DNA of 64,000 bases, taken from NCBI GenBank assembly GCA_963836075.1, contig CAWIIB010000001.1, forward strand, positions 1,056,001-1,120,000, written 5' to 3'. The stretch comes from an uncultured Acidobacteriota bacterium (GTDB lineage: Bacteria > Acidobacteriota > JAQAZP01). Shown one piece after another: positions 62,206-64,000 of the stretch. How positions within the stretch are numbered: position 1 is the first letter of the stretch; each line of letters starts with the position of its first letter. The position numbers and the translations under genes are program-made. The notes below the pieces were generated by a model. That model had not been told where the DNA came from. It searched no databases and saw only the letters and a program-made list of their open reading frames with translations.

Positions 62206-64000
62206 TCAGAACCTTCCTGCCGCCACGTTGGCCCCATGCGTCATGCCCTGGAACGCCTCAAGCGAGAACCAGGGGGTCACTCCGGAGCCATCGTATTGGA
62301 ACACCTTCACTTCAGTGTTGGCGTCAGGATCAGGGCCACAGCCCACCACTATTTCGTTCCAGCCCTCGCCATCAAGGTCGGACCCGGCAAAGACTTTGGC
62401 GCCATACCGGACCCCAGACGGCGGCCAGGCTAAGAAACTCAGTCCGGGCAAAGGCGTGCCGTTCATATCGAATCCCCGGATGTGGGCGCCGAAAACCGGA
62501 GAGGGACCCGGTGCGGTGATGATCTCGTCGATGCCGTCTCCGTCCACGTCGCCGCAGCTGATGTTCACGCCGTATTTGTGGGTGCCGTAAGCGATAAAGC
62601 TGCAGCCGGGTATGGACGCCGCCGTTCCCCCGTCCACGTTCCAACCCCGCACGTGAGGCCCGTAGACGGCCCCGGGACCCGCGCCAGTGACGATCTCGTC
62701 ATAGCCATCCCCGTCGATGTCACCTGCTGAGACGTTCACCCCCCACTTGGGTGTTCCATAGGCGAAGTAGCTCACGGTGGATATCGGCGTCACGTCAGGG
62801 CCACCGTCGTAGTCCCAGCCGCGGACATGAGGGCCAAACACCGCACCGGGGCCTGCTCCGGTGATGATCTCGTCAAATCCGTCTCCGTCGATGTCACCCG
62901 CGGCCACGTTCACGCCCCACTTGCTGGTGCCATACGCGAGGTAGCTGAGGCCCTCGAGGGGCGCGCCGTCCACCTGAAATCCCCGCACATGGGGACCGAA
63001 GATCGGTCCCGGACCTGGGCCGGTGATGATCTGATCGACGCCGTCAGCAAACACGTCACCACAACTGACGTTGACGCCGGCGGCGCCACCGTATGCGTTA
63101 AATTCAAAAGCAGCCTCGGCATTCTGCTCGGGTGGGAACACCCTCACAGTCGGAGGATTTTGCGTATGGGGGCCAGGTCCAACAACTATGCCCGTTGCCG
63201 GGTAGTGGTATCCCATATCTTTACTGCCCCATGCTGCCAGGCATCTGGTTGTGCCGCAGAGCTCCAGCGATGGAAGTCCGGCACCCACACATGGGCTGTT
63301 TTCCGGATCGCCGCAAATGACATTGCTGAGGTAGTAAACACCATGGGGGCCGCTGACGAAGAGCGGATCGGCATCTATGTTGCTCCCACCCGGCCATCCG
63401 CCCTGGACGTCGGAGAAGTAGATCAATGGGTCGCCCGAATACACTTCGATACTATTCGGAGAGTTGTCCCAGATGATGCAGTTAGAGATAATTGGTGAGG
63501 AACTCATGCAGTAGACCCCACCACCAAGATCATCACCACGGTTCCGGCTGAAGGTGCAGTTGGTGATCCTTGCCGGGGCCCAGAAGCAGTAGATCCCACC
63601 ACCACGATCAGAATCGTTCCCGTTGAAGATGCAGTTAAAGATCTTTGGAGAGGAATTCGTGCAGTAGATCCCGCCACCAGCACAATGAAGAGATCCGTTT
63701 CCGTTGAAGATGCAATCGGTGATTGTCGGGGAACCCTGCTCACAGGCTATCCCCCCGCCAGCAGCAACAGTCCGGTTCTCGCTAAAGGTGCAGTTCGTGA
63801 TCTTTGGCGAGGACCCGACGCAGTAAATCCCACCACCAAGATCAGGACCACGGTTCTCGCTGAAGGTGCAGTTGGTAATCGTTGGCGAAGACCCGACGCA
63901 GTAAATCCCACCACCCCAATCAGCCACATTTGCGCTGAACGTGCAGTTGGTGAATGTCGGGGACCCGTCCTCGCAGTACATCCCGCCACCATCACTTGCT
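62206..64000 (-). CDS. Right-handed beta-helix (Pmp-like GGGI/FxxN repeats) plus C-terminal FG-GAP repeat domain; 5' end outside window
   Basis: Tandem ~25-aa NCTFSEN..GGGIYC..SSP repeats; repeated GVNV..GD.DGDG.DEI.TG.GPG...GPHVRG. Confidence 0.85.
   Translation of the reverse strand, partial: ASDGGGMYCEDGSPTFTNCTFSANVADWGGGIYCVGSSPTITNCTFSENRGPDLGGGIYCVGSSPKITNCTFSENRTVAAGGGIACEQGSPTITDCIFNGNGSLHCAGGGIYCTNSSPKIFNCIFNGNDSDRGGGIYCFWAPARITNCTFSRNRGDDLGGGVYCMSSSPIISNCIIWDNSPNSIEVYSGDPLIYFSDVQGGWPGGSNIDADPLFVSGPHGVYYLSNVICGDPENSPCVGAGLPSLELCGTTRCLAAWGSKDMGYHYPATGIVVGPGPHTQNPPTVRVFPPEQNAEAAFEFNAYGGAAGVNVSCGDVFADGVDQIITGPGPGPIFGPHVRGFQVDGAPLEGLSYLAYGTSKWGVNVAAGDIDGDGFDEIITGAGPGAVFGPHVRGWDYDGGPDVTPISTVSYFAYGTPKWGVNVSAGDIDGDGYDEIVTGAGPGAVYGPHVRGWNVDGGTAASIPGCSFIAYGTHKYGVNISCGDVDGDGIDEIITAPGPSPVFGAHIRGFDMNGTPLPGLSFLAWPPSGVRYGAKVFAGSDLDGEGWNEIVVGCGPDPDANTEVKVFQYDGSGVTPWFSLEAFQGMTHGANVAAGRF

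Noticed and set aside
53773-64000. Integron cassette array or CRISPR array
   Set aside because: No intI or cas genes, no recognisable repeated attC sites and no regularly spaced short repeats

Overview
GC-rich bacterial chromosome segment, probably an anaerobic Acidobacteriota-like organism (Acidobacteria-type VWA protein, several sulfatase-fold proteins ending 'LGY', 2-oxoacid:ferredoxin oxidoreductase, Na+-pumping decarboxylase). Many genes carry 1-bp frameshifts, which look like long-read indel errors. Bases 1-53.3 kb are mostly housekeeping and transport genes: znuACB with an RHH/Zn-finger regulator, oadGAB-birA, a carbamoyltransferase cluster, dpp-like and gld-like ABC systems, an ars-type cluster and korDABC followed by a GlnE-like nucleotidyltransferase and a Nudix gene. 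Three features stand out. (1) An Omp28/thioredoxin-fold secreted selenoprotein at 5860-6969, missed by the ORF track, with an in-frame TGA in U-P-Y-C and a SECIS-like hairpin. (2) A stand-alone RiPP-like precursor gene at 7203-7472. (3) From 53.3 kb to the end, an accretion array anchored on yjbQ. One intact yjbQ is followed by two diverged but frame-intact yjbQ 3' tails of different length (246 and 296 bp). These delimit cassettes of secreted-protein genes (MACPF-ricin, giant DUF2341/LamG, beta-helix/FG-GAP), interspersed with orphan 3' ends of displaced genes. No integrase or transposase is visible in the window. No rRNA, tRNA or CRISPR array was recognised.
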